64,000 nucleotides of DNA from the NCBI RefSeq assembly GCF_018977255.1, contig NW_024704742.1, positions 114,950,001 through 115,014,000 of the forward strand, given 5' to 3'. Position 1 is the stretch's first letter; the number at the start of each line of letters is the position of its first letter. The notes beneath the pieces were generated by a model. That model was given only the letters and a program-made list of their open reading frames with translations. It made no database searches and had not been told where the DNA came from. The position numbers and the translations under genes are program-made. Source of the DNA: Callorhinchus milii. Lineage: Eukaryota. Shown here piece by piece: positions 24,329-38,180 of this stretch.

Positions 24329-25410
24329 AACTACTGACTAGAGTTTCAGTGCTCAAGAGAGGAGTGGAGTACGATGGTGGAAAGGTAGGTAGGGAGGACT
24401 AAAAATCAGAAAGAGATCATTTAAGGTCTCTGCTTTGATCCTGTTTTAAGTGATTGCAAGTTTTCGTGGTCTGAGTCATAGTTCCGATGTCATTGATATT
24501 ACAGTGAGGTGACAAATGATGTAAGTGACTAAGCACTGAACAATGCTTTGCTGTGGAAAGAGTGAACCGATGGGATCTCAGTACTCTGTGTGCCATGGAG
24601 TGCTGGGATCTGGGCTTGTGCCAGCAGTCACCCAGTCCATTGAATGCTCAATCTGTGTGATACATCAGGGAGAGGCACAGTGGGTACTGAAGCTCATCCT
24701 TTGCAAGGAAAGGATCTCACAGAAACTGACTTAAAAGAGAAAGACAATGGGAAAAGAAACCTGGAGAATGAATTTCTTGATCGTGTGGGGAAAATTCATG
24801 GTCTGTGGATAGTCGTTAAAATGTTTCACCGTGTTTTTTAGAACGTTTCCTCTGGTTCCCCGTCACATCAGTCCTTGCCAGGCTCCACTGGCTCCCGATT
24901 ACTGAACGGATCCACTATGCCCTGAAGCTCTGGAACTCTCTCCCTCAGACACTCCACCTTATCCCCTCCCTCCGCACCTTCAAATCCTGCCTAAAGACCT
25001 TTGATCATGCTTTTTTTTACAATCTCGCCCCTCTCCCCGCCCCCCAGGCTTGGGGTCTTGGGCGCTATCCTGCATGAAGAGCGCTATATAAATGCAAGTT
25101 GTTGGTTTTGTGAGTAAATTGATTGATAAGTCAGGGAGAATAGGAATTGGTTCAGGTTTGTTGGCAGATCTAAACCTGGCTGCTGTTAATTCCTTGGGAG
25201 GAGAACAAATAAAGACGAGCTGAATGAACCAGTCTGTTGATTTGACATTCTCTATAAATTTAAAACAGTGGGAAAACCAGGTTAAGGTACATGAATTTGA
25301 GTGGGTGTAAATATTAAAATACTTCTATTTGTTTGAAAGAAGCGAAGTGTGCCAACTTGGGAATCAGAGCCAAAGGCTTTAAAAGTAGCAAATATTCAAT
25401 TACTTTTGTT

Positions 25411-26392
25411 GCACTGCCCCCGCCTGGCATTGTTACTGTATCACTGCCATCCCTGGCATTGTTACTGTATCACTGCCATCCCTGGCATTGTTACTGTATC
25501 ACTGCCATCCCTGGCATTGTTACTGTATCACTGCCATCCCTGGCATTGTTACTGTATCACTGCCATCCCTGGCATTGTTACTGTATCACTGCCATCCCTG
25601 GCATTGTTACTGTATCACTGCCATCCCTGGCATTGTTACTGTGTCACTGCCATCCCTGACATAGTTACTGTATCACTGCCATCCCTGGCATTGTTACTGT
25701 GTCACTGCCATCCCTGGCATTGTTACTGTGGCACTGTCCAGCATTGTTACTGTGGCACTGCCATCCCTGGCATTGTTACTGTGTCACTGCCATCTCTGGT
25801 GTTGTTACTGTATCACTGCCATCCCTGGCATTGTTACTGTGTCACTGCCATCTCTGGCATTGTTACTGTGTCACTGCCATCTCTGGCATTGTTCCTGTGT
25901 CACTGCCATCCCTGGCATTGTTACTGTATCACTGCCATCCCTGGCGTTGTTACTGTATCACTGCCATCCCTGGCATTGTTACTGTATCACTGCCATCCCT
26001 GGCATTGTTACTGTATCACTGCCATCCTGCATTGTTACTGTATCACTGCCATCCCTGGCATTGTTACTGTATCACTGCCATCCCTGGCATTGTTACTGTA
26101 TCACTGCCATCCCTGGCGTTGTTACTGTATCACTGCCATCCCTGGCTTTGTTACTGTATCACTGCCATCCCTGGCGTTGTTACTGTATCACTGCCATCCC
26201 TGGCGTTGTTACTGTATCACTGCCATCCCTGGCATTGTTACGGTGTCACTGCCATCCCTGGCATTGCTACTGTGTCACTGCCATCCCTGGCATTGTTACT
26301 GTGTCACTGCCATCTCTGGCATTGTTACTGTGGCACTGCCATCCCTAGCATTGCTACTGTGTCACTGCCATCTCTGGTGTTGTTACTGTATC
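25411..26392 (+). repeat. 29-bp minisatellite, left arm
   Basis: Unit GGCATTGTTACTGTATCACTGCCATCCCT repeated with variants. Confidence 0.97.
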
Positions 26393-27933
26393 AAGCTATC
26401 AAGCTACCGGCCCATCTCCAACCTCCCCTTTCTCTCCAAGGTCTTGGAAAGAGTTGTCGCCTCCCAACTGCGCTCTTTCCTTTCCACCCATTCTCTTTTC
26501 GAACCCCTTCAGTCAGGTTTCCGTGCTGCCCATAGCACAGAAACTGCCCTGGTCAAGGTCACCAATGATATCCTGACCATCTGTGACCAGGGCTCCCTCT
26601 GCCTCCTCGTCCTCCTCGACCTATCGGCAGCATTCGATACGGTCGACCACGCTATCCTACTCCACCGCTTGTCCTCCCACCTCAACCTTCAAGGCACTGT
26701 CCTTGAGTGGTTTAGGTCGTACCTTTCTCACCGTCTTCACTTTGTCTCGACGAATGGCTTCTCCTCCACCCCCCGCACTGTCTCATGTGGTGTCCCTCAG
26801 GGCTCTGTCCTCGGTCCCCTCCTCTTCACCCTCTATATGCTCCCCCTTGGTGACATCATCCGCAGACATGGAGTTAACTTCCACATGTATGCGGATGACA
26901 CCCAACTCTACCTTTCCTCCTCTACTCTCAACTCCACGACCACCGATGTCCTGACAGCTGCCTGTCCGACATCGAGTCCTGGACGAGAGACAACTTTCTT
27001 CAGCTCAACGTGCGAAAAACCGAGGCCCTCCTGATTGGCTCACGTCAGCGCCTCCGCACCTCAGGCGCTGACACCATCAGCATCCAAGGCTGCACTCTCC
27101 ACCTCTCAAAGCCAGTCAGGAACCTCGGCGTTTTGTTCGACCCTGAGCTGTCCTTTCTCCCTCACATCCGCACCACAACTGGCACCGCCTTCCATCACCT
27201 CCGGAACATCGCCAGACTACGGCACTACCTCACCCCTCACGCTGCTGAAACCCTGGTTCACGCCTTTGTCACCTCAAGGCTGGACTATGGGAACTCTCTC
27301 CTCGCCGGCCTTCCCGCCACCTCCCTCCACAAGCTGCAGGTCATTCAGAACTCTGCAGCTCGTGTACTGTCCCGCACCAGGCTTCGGGACCACATCACTC
27401 CCACCCTCGCTCGCCTCCACTGGCTCCCCATCCCCCAGAGGATTGATTTCAAGATCCTCATCCTCACCTACAAGGCCATTCACGGCCTTGCTCCCTCCTA
27501 CCTCTCCAACCTACTATCCCCCTACCTACCTGCCCGTACCCTCCGTTCCTCTGGCTCCGGTCTGCTCCACGTCCCCCGCCCCAACCGCCCTACCATCGGT
27601 GGTCGGGCCTTCAGCCTCTCAGCCCCAGGCTCTGGAACTCCATCCCCCAGTGCCTTCGCCGCCTCCTCCCTTTCCTCCTTCAAGGCCGGTCTCAAAACCT
27701 TTCTCTTTGACCGTGCCTTCAGCTCCCCTCTCGACTCTCTTCCCCCTCCTCGCTCCCTCCCTTCCCTCCCCTCACCCTGACCATTTCCCCCTCCTCGCTC
27801 CCTCCCTTCCCTCCCCTCACCCTGACCATTTCCCCCCTGCTCGGGTCATGACCCAACTGTGCAGCGCCTTGGGACGTCCTCCTGACGTGAAAGGCGCTTT
27901 ATAAATGGAATCTTGTTGTTGTTGTTGTTGTTG
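26393..27933 (+). mobile_element. 5'-truncated young L2 LINE (RT domain and 3' end)
   Basis: [43 protein letters not shown] and YADD motifs; SRLDY and LHWLP in the C-terminus; (TTG)n tail; about two frameshifts. Confidence 0.95.
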
Positions 27934-29200
27934 TATCACTGCCATCCCTGGCATTGTTACTGTATCACTGCCCCCGCCTGGCATTGCTACTGTGTCACTG
28001 CCATCCCTGGCATTGCTACTGTGTCACTGCCATCCCTGGCATTGCTACTGTGTCACTGCCATCCCTGGCATTGCTACTGTGTCACTGCCATCCCTGGCAT
28101 TGTTACTGTATCACTGCCATCCATGGCATTGTTACTGTATCACTGCCATCCCTGGCATTGCTACTGTGTCACTGCCATCCCTGGCATTGCTACTGTGTCA
28201 CTGCCATCTCTGGCATTGTTACTGTGGCACTGCCATCCCTGACATTGCTACTGTGTCACTGCCATCCCTGGCATTGTTACTGTGTCACTGCCATCCCTGG
28301 CATTGCTACTGTGTCACTGCCATCCCTGGCATTGCTACTGTGTCACTGCCATCCCTGGTGTTGTTACTGTGGCACTGTCCAGCATTGTTACTGTGTCACT
28401 GCCATCTCTGGCATTGTTACTGTGTCACTGCCATCCCTGGCATTGTTACTGTATCACTGCCATCCCTGGCATTGTTACTGTGTCACTGCCATCCCTGGCA
28501 TTGTTACTGTGTCACTGCCATCCCTGGCATTGTTACTGTGTCACTGCCATCCCTGGCGTTGTTACTGTATCACTGCCATCCCTGGCATTGTTAGTGTATC
28601 ACTGCCATCCCTGGCGTTGTTACTGTATCACTGCCATCCCTGGCATTGTTACTGTATCACTGCCATCCCTGGCATTGTTACTGTATCACTGCCATCCCTG
28701 GCATTGCTACTGTGTCACTGCCATCCCTGGCGTTGTTACTGTATCACTGCCATCCCTGGCATTGTTACTGTGTCACTGCCATCCCTGGCATTGTTCCTGT
28801 ATCACTGCCATCCCTGGCATTGCTACTGTGTCACTGCCATCTCTGGCATTGTTACTGTGGCACTGCCATCCCTGACATTGCTACTGTGTCACTGCCATCT
28901 CTGGTGTTGTTACTGTGGCACTGTCCAGCATTGTTACTGTGGCACTGCCATCCCTGGCATTGTTACTGTATCACTGCCATCCCTGGCATTGCTACTGTGT
29001 CACTGCCATGTCTGGCATTGTTACTGTGGCACTGCCATCTCTGGTGTTGTTACTGTATCACTGCCATGTCTGGCATTGTTACTGTGGCACTGCTCAGCAT
29101 TGTTACTGTGGCACTGCCCAGCATTGTTACTGTATTACTGCCCAGCATTGTTACTGTGCCACTGCCCAGCATTGTTACTGTATCACTGCTCGACATTGTT
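27934..29200 (+). repeat. 29-bp minisatellite, right arm (shorter ~24-bp units at the right end)
   Basis: Same unit resumes directly after the L2 tail. Confidence 0.97.
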
Positions 29201-31427
29201 GCTCTGTAACAGTTGTTTGAAGGTGGACATTAACGTCATGTAGGAAAAGCCGAGGGAAAATGTTTTAGGCAATGCTACTACCTTTCAATGCAAGTCATGA
29301 AGCAATTCCGCCTTCAACCTGTTGCTCTTCGACATTTCAACAGAAGAATGCACATTTCAGCGCCATTGTTGAATGTGGCCATCTACCTCTGTGAGTTGGG
29401 AAGTTGCTTTGAGCACTCAGCAGTGCCATCGGAGTAATTGAGAAGGAAGGAACAATTCCAGGCACCACAGCTCAGGCAGACCTGTTGGGGTTGTAAGATC
29501 AGCAAACGTAAAGTCAGTTCCTGGGGGAAAGTTGAGATCCTCAGAATCTAAATGTTGATCATCGCAAGAATGCTGGGTTACACTCAGAGCGGTTCAGTAA
29601 GTACAGCATGTGGCATAGACCTCAGGGACATAGCCGTTAGCCACCAAATGACACCACACATGAAGAAAACATTTCACTGACTCATGAGATCCAAATATCC
29701 TTTCTAATGTTCAAGACATCACATTCAAGAAATAATAATAATAATAAACCTTACATTTGATATATTGCCTTATCACAGAAATACGATTTGTGAGGTTTGT
29801 TCCTCAGGCATTTCAAAGAGCTGTTTTTGTGTCGAAACAGAGGTTTTGCCTGAAAGCAGACGGCCTTGGCTTGTCTGAAAGGTTTTCTTAAAAATGATTT
29901 CTATGGAAAAGTTTGAATAAAGAATAACAAGACTTTCATGGCCTAGCAAATCTAAACTTGTGTCCAATATACAGTAAATTGTAATTTCTTACATTCAGAA
30001 CCTTTATTATCGGTAGCTCACAGGCCTGTTAGGTGTGACTCCTCCAAACCTATCCCTTTGTGCAAAAAGATATCTGGGCAGAGGAAGGTCTGTTAAGAAA
30101 TGAGTTAGAAACTGGACACCGAACCTGCCATTGCCTAAGACACAGATATTTATAGGTGAAAGGAGAAATAGCTGAAACTTATTCCATTTTGGTCTCTTCT
30201 ACAGCAGCCAGAAGCATACTTATACCAACAAGTCCCAGCCTCAAATCAACAGTGGTCTTAAAACAGTCTCAAAATAGTGAAATTTAAAGAGTAAACTAAC
30301 TGTGCTCTGAACCTCAGCCAATAACAATGTCCAATTCAGGTTTTTACAGTGATTAAGTGGACATTGTTAGGCCACAAAATAGGCTTATGAAATTTCACCG
30401 GGATTTTAAGAGAAGTTTTGTTACTTTATTCTCTACATTCCATCATTAACACAACAAACATTAATTCCAGGCCCTCTATTTGTTACTGTGTCATTTACCT
30501 CTGCTGATATTCAGCACTGACAAATAGCTTCATGTTTGGTGTTGGTTGTGTTACTCATTGTAGCACTAGATATTGGGCAGTATTTTTAACAACAACTTTC
30601 AACTTTGCAAATGATTAGTAACATTTTTGTTATGTCTTTCTAATGGAGATTTCCCATTCTGAAAGAATATGATGTCTACTCGTGTAAATGGGTTCTATGG
30701 ACACTGGGGAAATGAAATTCCATTATGAGACCACACAAGGTCACTAAATTTACTGTCTGTCTGTGGAAATGGGCATCTTAAATCTGTTTCTGGAGAGAGA
30801 AGGGATTGTGTGCTGTACAGATGGCCAAGCTTCAGAACTATCAAAAAGAGATGGACTTATTGGGCTTTCTTGGAGTTTTTTTTCCCCCTCTAGGGGTCTA
30901 AAATCCTGTATTTGGAATTCAGACTCAAGCAGGAGTCACAAATAGCAACTCCTTTCAGTCTTGATACCAACTTATATTTGTATAGCACCCTTCATGTCAG
31001 ATAAAGTCTTAGAGCGCTTTACAGTGATGGTGATGGATACCGACTGGGCAAGGGAGAAAGAGGAAATGAACTTAATAATAATAATCCTCGCATTTGATAT
31101 AACGCCTTATCACATCATTGAGATGTCTCAAAGTGCTTCACAGAATACTCTGTAAAGTGAATTTACTGTATTTTTTGGGTGACTATAGGCATGATCGAAT
31201 TGGCAGGTGTTTCGTGAAGATTTAAAGGACAGACGGACATCATTGATGTACATATGTACACCAATGCAATAATTCTGGTAACTGGGAGTAGTTAAGATCT
31301 GCCAGAAAGGAGTTCCTAGCAAGACATGCATCTGGTTATCAGTGGCAGCTGCAATTAGAAATATCGCATTTTGGGAACCCCACCACCCCTATTTATTCTA
31401 ATTTGTTTTCTCTGTATTTTCCTCCAG

Positions 31428-31543
31428 GAGGCCATGGAAAACCCAGCCCAACACCGGATCTTTGTGACCCGGATCCTTCAGGATTTTGAGAGCGATACCT
31501 TTTTACCAGAGATTGATTTAAATAAGTTCAGACATCTTCCCAA
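31428..31543 (+). CDS. DHFR: DHFR exon 5
   Basis: ctccag|GAG...AA|gtaagt; 116 nt; [38 protein letters not shown](K). Confidence 0.97.
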
Positions 31544-32556
31544 GTAAGTAACTCTGTGGCAAAAGATCATAATAATCTAATTCTGTTTGTGAAATGGTGC
31601 AAATGTCCTATTTACAGTTAATTACGGGTTTCTTATCCCCCTCAATGTATGATAAGCAGTTGGGACTAGAATCTCCAATCTCACCAACTATTGAGATATT
31701 GCGATATGTGGAGACAAGGGTGTAATGTATGGGGTGGGAGAGAAGACGTGGAAGGGGAGGAAATAGCATTAAAGGATTGGGGAGAATAAAGCCTTGCTTG
31801 TGATCTTGCACAATTGTGGGCTTCCCAGTAAAAATCTGTGTAATAATATTATTAATAATAATCCTTGCACTTAATATAGCGCCTTTCACATTGGGAGGAC
31901 GTCTCAAAGCACTTCAAAAGATTTACTAGAAAGCGTAGTGACTGTATACTTTGTAGGTGAATACATCTCTGTGGGTTTGAGAGAGCGTACCCAGGCATCA
32001 CTGCAGTACAATCCCTGTTTATTGTCTTACAATATGCACAACCACCCTCTGCTCCCCTCCTGCTACCTTTAGCAATTTGCTTGCTTCTTTCAAGTGCGTT
32101 TTCTCATTAAAATGAACCGGGGCTCACGTTGCGCACATGAGCACTCCAAGGACAAGATGACTAAGCACTTAAAAAGGAATGCGGAGGAAGAGTCTCTTGG
32201 GAGAATTAATGTGTGAAGGCTCACAAAACCCTTGGACTTAAAGTACAGAACAGAGGTGAGAAGATATGTTAGCTGAGGTTAGGAACTGACAAAACAGCCT
32301 ATAGATAAACCAAATGGCCTTCTCCTCTTTCTAAAAACACAGAGAACTGGTCCGATGAAACGAGAAATTTTCATTTGCACCAGTTGGGTGTGACAATATA
32401 TTCTCTCCCCTTTTCTTATATCCGGAAGTTTGGGAGGGATACAAGTGCTTTTTGTATTCTCTTTGAGATGAATAGTGTGAAATATTGCTGTACAAGTTAT
32501 CAAGTTATTTGAAATAAAATCATTTAATCCCTCAAAGCTCTTTTTGTGGCTGGTTG

Positions 32557-32646
32557 CCCAGAGCAACACCGGATCTTCATGACCTGAATCCATCAGGATT
32601 TTGAGAGCAATACCTTGTTGCCTGAGATTGATTTAGATAAGTTCAG
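32557..32646 (+). pseudogene. Decayed partial duplicate of DHFR exon 5 (pseudo-exon)
   Basis: Gap-free match to 31442-31531 at 78/90 nt by hand alignment. CGG>TGA in-frame stop; no donor site. Confidence 0.9.
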
Positions 32647-33960
32647 CCGGGTGTCTGACACATGCGGAAACTTATCAACGTGCTAAAGAGGATCCAACCA
32701 AACTGGGAATTCCATGCATCCCACCTAGACGTGGAAATTCCAGAGATATTTATTGGAATGGAATGGGCACTCTCCCTGGAGGGACCCATCCTGCTTATCT
32801 AATTCCATAAAGTATTAGAAGCAAGTTGGTAAGGGGTACTGCGTCAACGACTTGTCTGCGATGTGTCTATCCAGCTAAAACCACATAGCTTGCCATTCAG
32901 GACACTTCCTGCTGCTTGTCCAGCCAGGACTACCCTACCCACTGGGCTTTGGCTTGCAACAACATCAAATTACATTTGTATAGCGCCTTTCACGTCAGGA
33001 GGACGTCCCAAGGCGCTGGGTTAACAGGAGCTGAGTGGGAGGATTTCCTGCCCCTAGAGACTGGTCTGCTCTTCCAAGTCCTGCTGATGAGCCAGGCTGA
33101 CTGCTGTCATCAACAGCGCCCTGGAATGCTGTGGACCCACCTCAGGATCTGGACTACTGAGACCGCCACAGAGGGCTGGTTCGATTCCTTCATTCCATCA
33201 CCAAACATGTCACCTTAGAGCCAGTTCAGCTTATGAAGACCCCACGTACCTCCCATCCCAAGGAAATAAGCACTGAGATAGAATGTTAGAAATGACTGTC
33301 GGTTGCTCTCCTCTGTTCACTAGTGTAGCAAATCTTCTGATGTGCAAAAAGGCTGTTCTGCTCTACATGTAGCTACTTTGAATAACCATATGAATAACCA
33401 TGGAGAAATTTTGTCTTAAGCAGGTATCATTATTTATAATTAAAATGCCATTAGTATTATCATTTTTGACTACAAAGAAAGAACTTGCATTTTATAGCAG
33501 CTTGTTGTTGCAACTTCAATATCTCAAAGCATGCTTCAGGTAATTACTGTCAATTGTAAGACCTATTTTTCGACCACACTTGCTTTCGACCACTTTGGGG
33601 TCATCTTTGTCTCTCCCTTCCTCTCCCTCCTCATCCAACTTCCCCTAAGCTTAGGTGCACAGTCAGATGTGTGAAGCACTTTGAGACTGACATCCTCCCG
33701 ATGTGTAAGACACTATATAAATGTAAATTATATCATGATGATCAAATTTATAGGGAAACATTTTGCAAACTAAGATTCCTTGAACAGCCATGAGGTGAAT
33801 GATCAACTTATCTGGAGGATTTTTGGCCAGGATTCCCATGATTTAGCAGATCGTGTGAGGCATAGACTGGTTTTATTGTAATGAGAAAGCCCACTTGAAA
33901 GAAGTAATCAAGTTTCTAGAGAGAGCAGACATATAATGCAGGGTGGTTTCTATGTGGTTT

Positions 33961-34281
33961 TAATAATAATAATAATACTCCTTGCATTTGATATAGCGCT
34001 TTTCACGTCGGGAGGACGTCCCAAAGCGCTTCACAGAACACACTGTAAAGTGAATTGACTGTATATTTGTGAGCGAACCCGGCAGCCAATTGCGCATAGC
34101 AATGTCCCACAAACAATTGTAGATTGAAAATGACCAATTTATTGTTTTTGGTTTTGGAGGGATTATTATTAGGCGTGTGGAGTAAGGAAACTTGCCCAAG
34201 GTTTTGCCCTGACCTGCCTGGAATTGAACTCAGGTCTCTCGCTTGCAAAGCGAGTGCTCTAACCACTGAGCTACAGGACTC
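33961..34281 (-). mobile_element. Young tRNA-derived SINE
   Basis: Full-length copy. Confidence 0.92.
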
Positions 34282-34601
34282 GACTTTTAGCTGGTTAGTC
34301 TCTAGCAGTTACCCCAACGCACACTCTGGGGTCCCCAAGCCTTGGCTCTTGCCAACCTACGCCCAATACTCTCCGGAATCAGGTAAGCAGGATGGGTCCC
34401 TCCAGGGAGAGAGTGCGGATTCCATTCCAATAAATATCTGGAATTTCCACGTGTAGTAGGAAAGCATGGAAATATCAGTTTGGTTTAGATACTCTTATGA
34501 GTTTTCGCATGTGTCAGATAACTGACCAAAAAAAAATTGTAAAACTCCAAAATGAGTGTACAGGATCAGATGGAATTGAATTGTCTTGTGTTTGTACACA
34601 G

Positions 34602-34686
34602 GTTCCCTGCTATTGATGACGGTGTTCATGAAGAGAATGGTATTCAGTATAAATTTGAAGTCTACGAGAGAATCACCAAAGAATAA
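34602..34686 (+). CDS. DHFR: DHFR exon 6 (to stop codon)
   Basis: acacag|G TTC...GAA TAA; FPAIDDGVHEENGIQYKFEVYERITKE*. The spliced CDS is 576 nt = 191 aa plus stop. Confidence 0.96.
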
Positions 34687-35707
34687 CCCAAGGGGATTCC
34701 AGAGTCAGTCACTGATCAGTTTACACATCTTCATGAGTTTGGACAATGTTTGTGTGATTCTTAAATTAATTACACCAGACCTGATTTGTAGATTTTTTTA
34801 AAAAAATGTATATATAAGGATATTTGTGAAGTGTTCTAAGACACTATCCTACGTGAAGGGGGCTCTATAAATTCAAGTTATTGTTGTTGTTTCAGTGTCA
34901 GCCTGAGGAATAATGGCAAATAATACAGAGCATTTGCTGCATAAAATATGTGTGGTGATCTGACTACTGATTTCTTTGTTCAGCTCAGTCTCAATCACAT
35001 TGGAGTCCGCAAATGGAGTGTGTATATAATTTTAAACACTCACCCAATGTGGGTTTAAATACACAGGCAATGAATGTTATTTTTGTTCATAGGTGTAGCT
35101 CAAACATAGTAATGATTTTGCATTAACAAAAATACATCTTATGTAATTTAGGCCATTAAGCTAAGATCCATTAGTGGAAAAGGATTGATGTGGTTGAAAT
35201 ATCTCAATCTTGAATCATTCCCGAGAGAGCTTCTGTATTTTAACTGGAAACGTAGCTGTTATTGTCAGGGCTGGCCTGCAGATTTCCACACGAGAAGACT
35301 GACAGGTGTCGCAGAAGTTTGAGTGATTTGTTTCATTCTTAAAAGTTACAGGCTGTAAATTCATATCAGCTGCAGGGTTCCAGCAGGTCTTTACTGCAGC
35401 ATTACAGAATTCATAAAAGTAGATGGGTGGACTCCTAAACCTTCATGTGCAGGCAGTAATGACTGAGGATTCAGAGGCAGACCTTCTCCACGTCTGTGTC
35501 ATTTCCATAGAGTGATACAGCACGGAAACCAGCTTTTTACTCTGTGCTGGTGCTTATATTCCATACATCCTTTCTATTCTTCATTCCTCTACCCCTCTAT
35601 TCCCGCATGTATGAATCAAGGTTGCTTGCACCTAGTCCCACCACTTTATAATATATCCTGTGATGCACTTTGAGACATCTCAACGGTGCAGTAAGGCGCT
35701 ATTTGTT

Positions 35708-36012
35708 GAGCCCTGTAGCTCAGTGGTTAGAGCACTCACCTCGCAAGCGAGAGACTTGGGTTCGATTCCCAGCAGGGCGAAAGCTTGGGCAAGTTTCCTT
35801 ACTCCACACGCCTGATAATAATCCCTCAAGAAAGAAAAATCAACAATAAAATTGGTCACTTCAATCCACGACTGTTTGTGGGACACTGCTGTGCGCAATT
35901 GGCTGCAGCGTTTTGCCCACAAATATACAGTCAATTCACTTTACAGTATATTCTTTGAGATGTCTAGAAGACGTGAAAAGCGCTTTATCAAATGCAAGAA
36001 TTATTATTATTA
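35708..36012 (+). mobile_element. Young tRNA-derived SINE
   Basis: Near full-length copy downstream of the DHFR stop. Confidence 0.9.
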
Positions 36013-38009
36013 TATCAAATGTAGGCCAGAAATCTATCAGATTGAAGTAAGATGGAATGGAGTGTGGTGGCTGCAGGGATAAGTGCAGAGCAAGGTGAGT
36101 AGTACATTGCTAGAGGTGCCATTCCTCAAATGAGAATTAAACCAAGGGCCTGTCTGCCTGTTCAGAGTTTCTTCCAGTGAACTGACCAACAATCCTCCAG
36201 ATCAAATTGTTGATTTTCTTCGTGGCCTTTTGTGGGTCATTGTGTACAAAATGGCTGTCATGTTTACCTACTAATACACAGCCATTACAGTGATAGCAAT
36301 TACCTGTGAATTGCTTTGAGATGTTTCAACATTATAGGCATTATATCAAGGATTATCATTATTGGAATCATAGATAATTTAATGCTGTAATGGAAAGAAA
36401 TGGAAACGATGGGTGGACATTTGGACTGGCTGGCTGTGGGACATGTCACATTACTCTATGCAAATTGACTGCTGTATTCACCTACAAAATACACAGGCAC
36501 TACACTTTATAGTAGAACCTGTGTAACACAGTGAGATGATCTGGCATGGAAGGCTATATCAGATTGCAAGGAAATTCATTTAGTTTCTGCTTGTGTGTGT
36601 TATTCCAATCATCTACAGGAGTGTAGGACAGATGACAAGAATCACGAGCTATTTCATATGTATAGTTTTTCATTCGGCTGATAATCAGGTTCTGATACTG
36701 AGTCGTGTACAAGGAAAATGTTGTACTTTTATGTAAAGATGTCATGATTTTATGTCATGATTTCATGCGTGTGCGATCGACATGAAAAGTGCCCCCAATT
36801 TCAAAGCCACTCCTGTGATTCAATACAAGGAAAAGATCCATGATAATTAGGTTTAACAGTTACTCAGACGTTTGTTTAATAAACAGGTGCTATCAAACAC
36901 GCCAATTTCTTCGTGGTCTTTGAATGTAGAAGGATGTAAGCTGTTTAAGAATGACTCATGCAAATGCCAGTTATTGAGCAATACTAACCAGCAGAACTCC
37001 CCAACAGTTCTACTGCCATTAAAATCTGCAATAGACTGAAAAGCAGCTTCTCTTAGCAACCAAATAGTATAGGCATCAATGACATCAGTCAACAGAGTGG
37101 GCAGCTTCTATTGATGATCATTTTGAATTTGATGTGTTAATATTTAATCCTAGATTTTCTGGTCGTTCGTCAAAAACCAAAAACAAGAATGAGACGAACA
37201 GCACAGTGTCAGCCTGGCTCAGATGAAAGCACTCTTGTGGGTTCAAGCCCCACATTGGGAATTTGTGCTCATAGTCTAGGCTGACAGATACAGTGCTTGG
37301 GGTGGGGGTCCCTGTATTGTCAGAGATGGATAAAATGTTAAACTAGAGTCATGTCTGCCTGTTCAGATGGACATTAAAGATTCCCAGCACTATTCAAAAA
37401 GAGAAGGGGATACAATTGCATTGCTAGAGTAGAGGACATTGCTGTGCACAAATTGACTGCTTTGTTCGCCTACAAATCACTGCACTTTACGGTAAAATCC
37501 TGTTAGGTGCTTCGAGACATTTCAACAATGTACTAAGGCACTGTCAAATGCACGAATTATGATTAATATCCTCTGCCACTGCAGACATTGTTACATCTCT
37601 TTCTAGCGTTCAAGGAAAATAAGGTTTTACTGTTACGCAACTGAGAATTGTCACCTCAAGGTCTGTCAGTATTTAACTGATAACGCGCAGTAGAAAAACC
37701 TTCAATAGACTACCCCCTATTATATTAAAGATTTATCAGCACACATCATTCATCTTATACTAATAAATTGACATAGAGACATGATTTATACCGTAGAAAG
37801 GTTTTGCATCTGGCAGTGTCATGGGCTATCGTTGATGAGCTATATTAAAAATGCTTTAATTAAGCCCCAAAATATGAGGTATGCATTGTATTCTACAACT
37901 ATATAGCAACAGAGGAAAGCACACACCGTTCAGAGAGATACATCTATGTTCTGCAACAAATGTATGACACTTTTTTCTGGTTATCATGGGAGCTAGAGTC
38001 TTCCCAAGT

Positions 38010-38180
38010 AGGACAGACAGAGAGAGACCGAGAGAAAGAGACTGAGAGAGAATATATTTTAAAGTGTAGTGACTGTGTTTTGTGGGAGAGAGAGAAATAC
38101 AGAGAGAGACTCAGAGACACAGAGAAACAGAGAGAAGAGACACTGAGATAGTGAGAGACAGAGAGAGAGACTGAGAAAAT
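38010..38180 (+). repeat. Degenerate (GA)n low-complexity tract
   Basis: agagagagac-type repeats. Confidence 0.8.

Noticed and set aside
25411..29200. CRISPR-like array
   Set aside because: Units are contiguous with no unique spacers, there are no cas genes, and the context is vertebrate.
25333..29243. Cys/His-rich repetitive ORFs and an apparent 561-aa repeat-RT fusion
   Set aside because: The 29-bp unit lacks stops in plus frames, and the fusion is chance read-through into the inserted L2.
36878..36883. AATAAA as the DHFR polyadenylation signal
   Set aside because: It is one of several candidates and cannot be chosen without 3'-end data.
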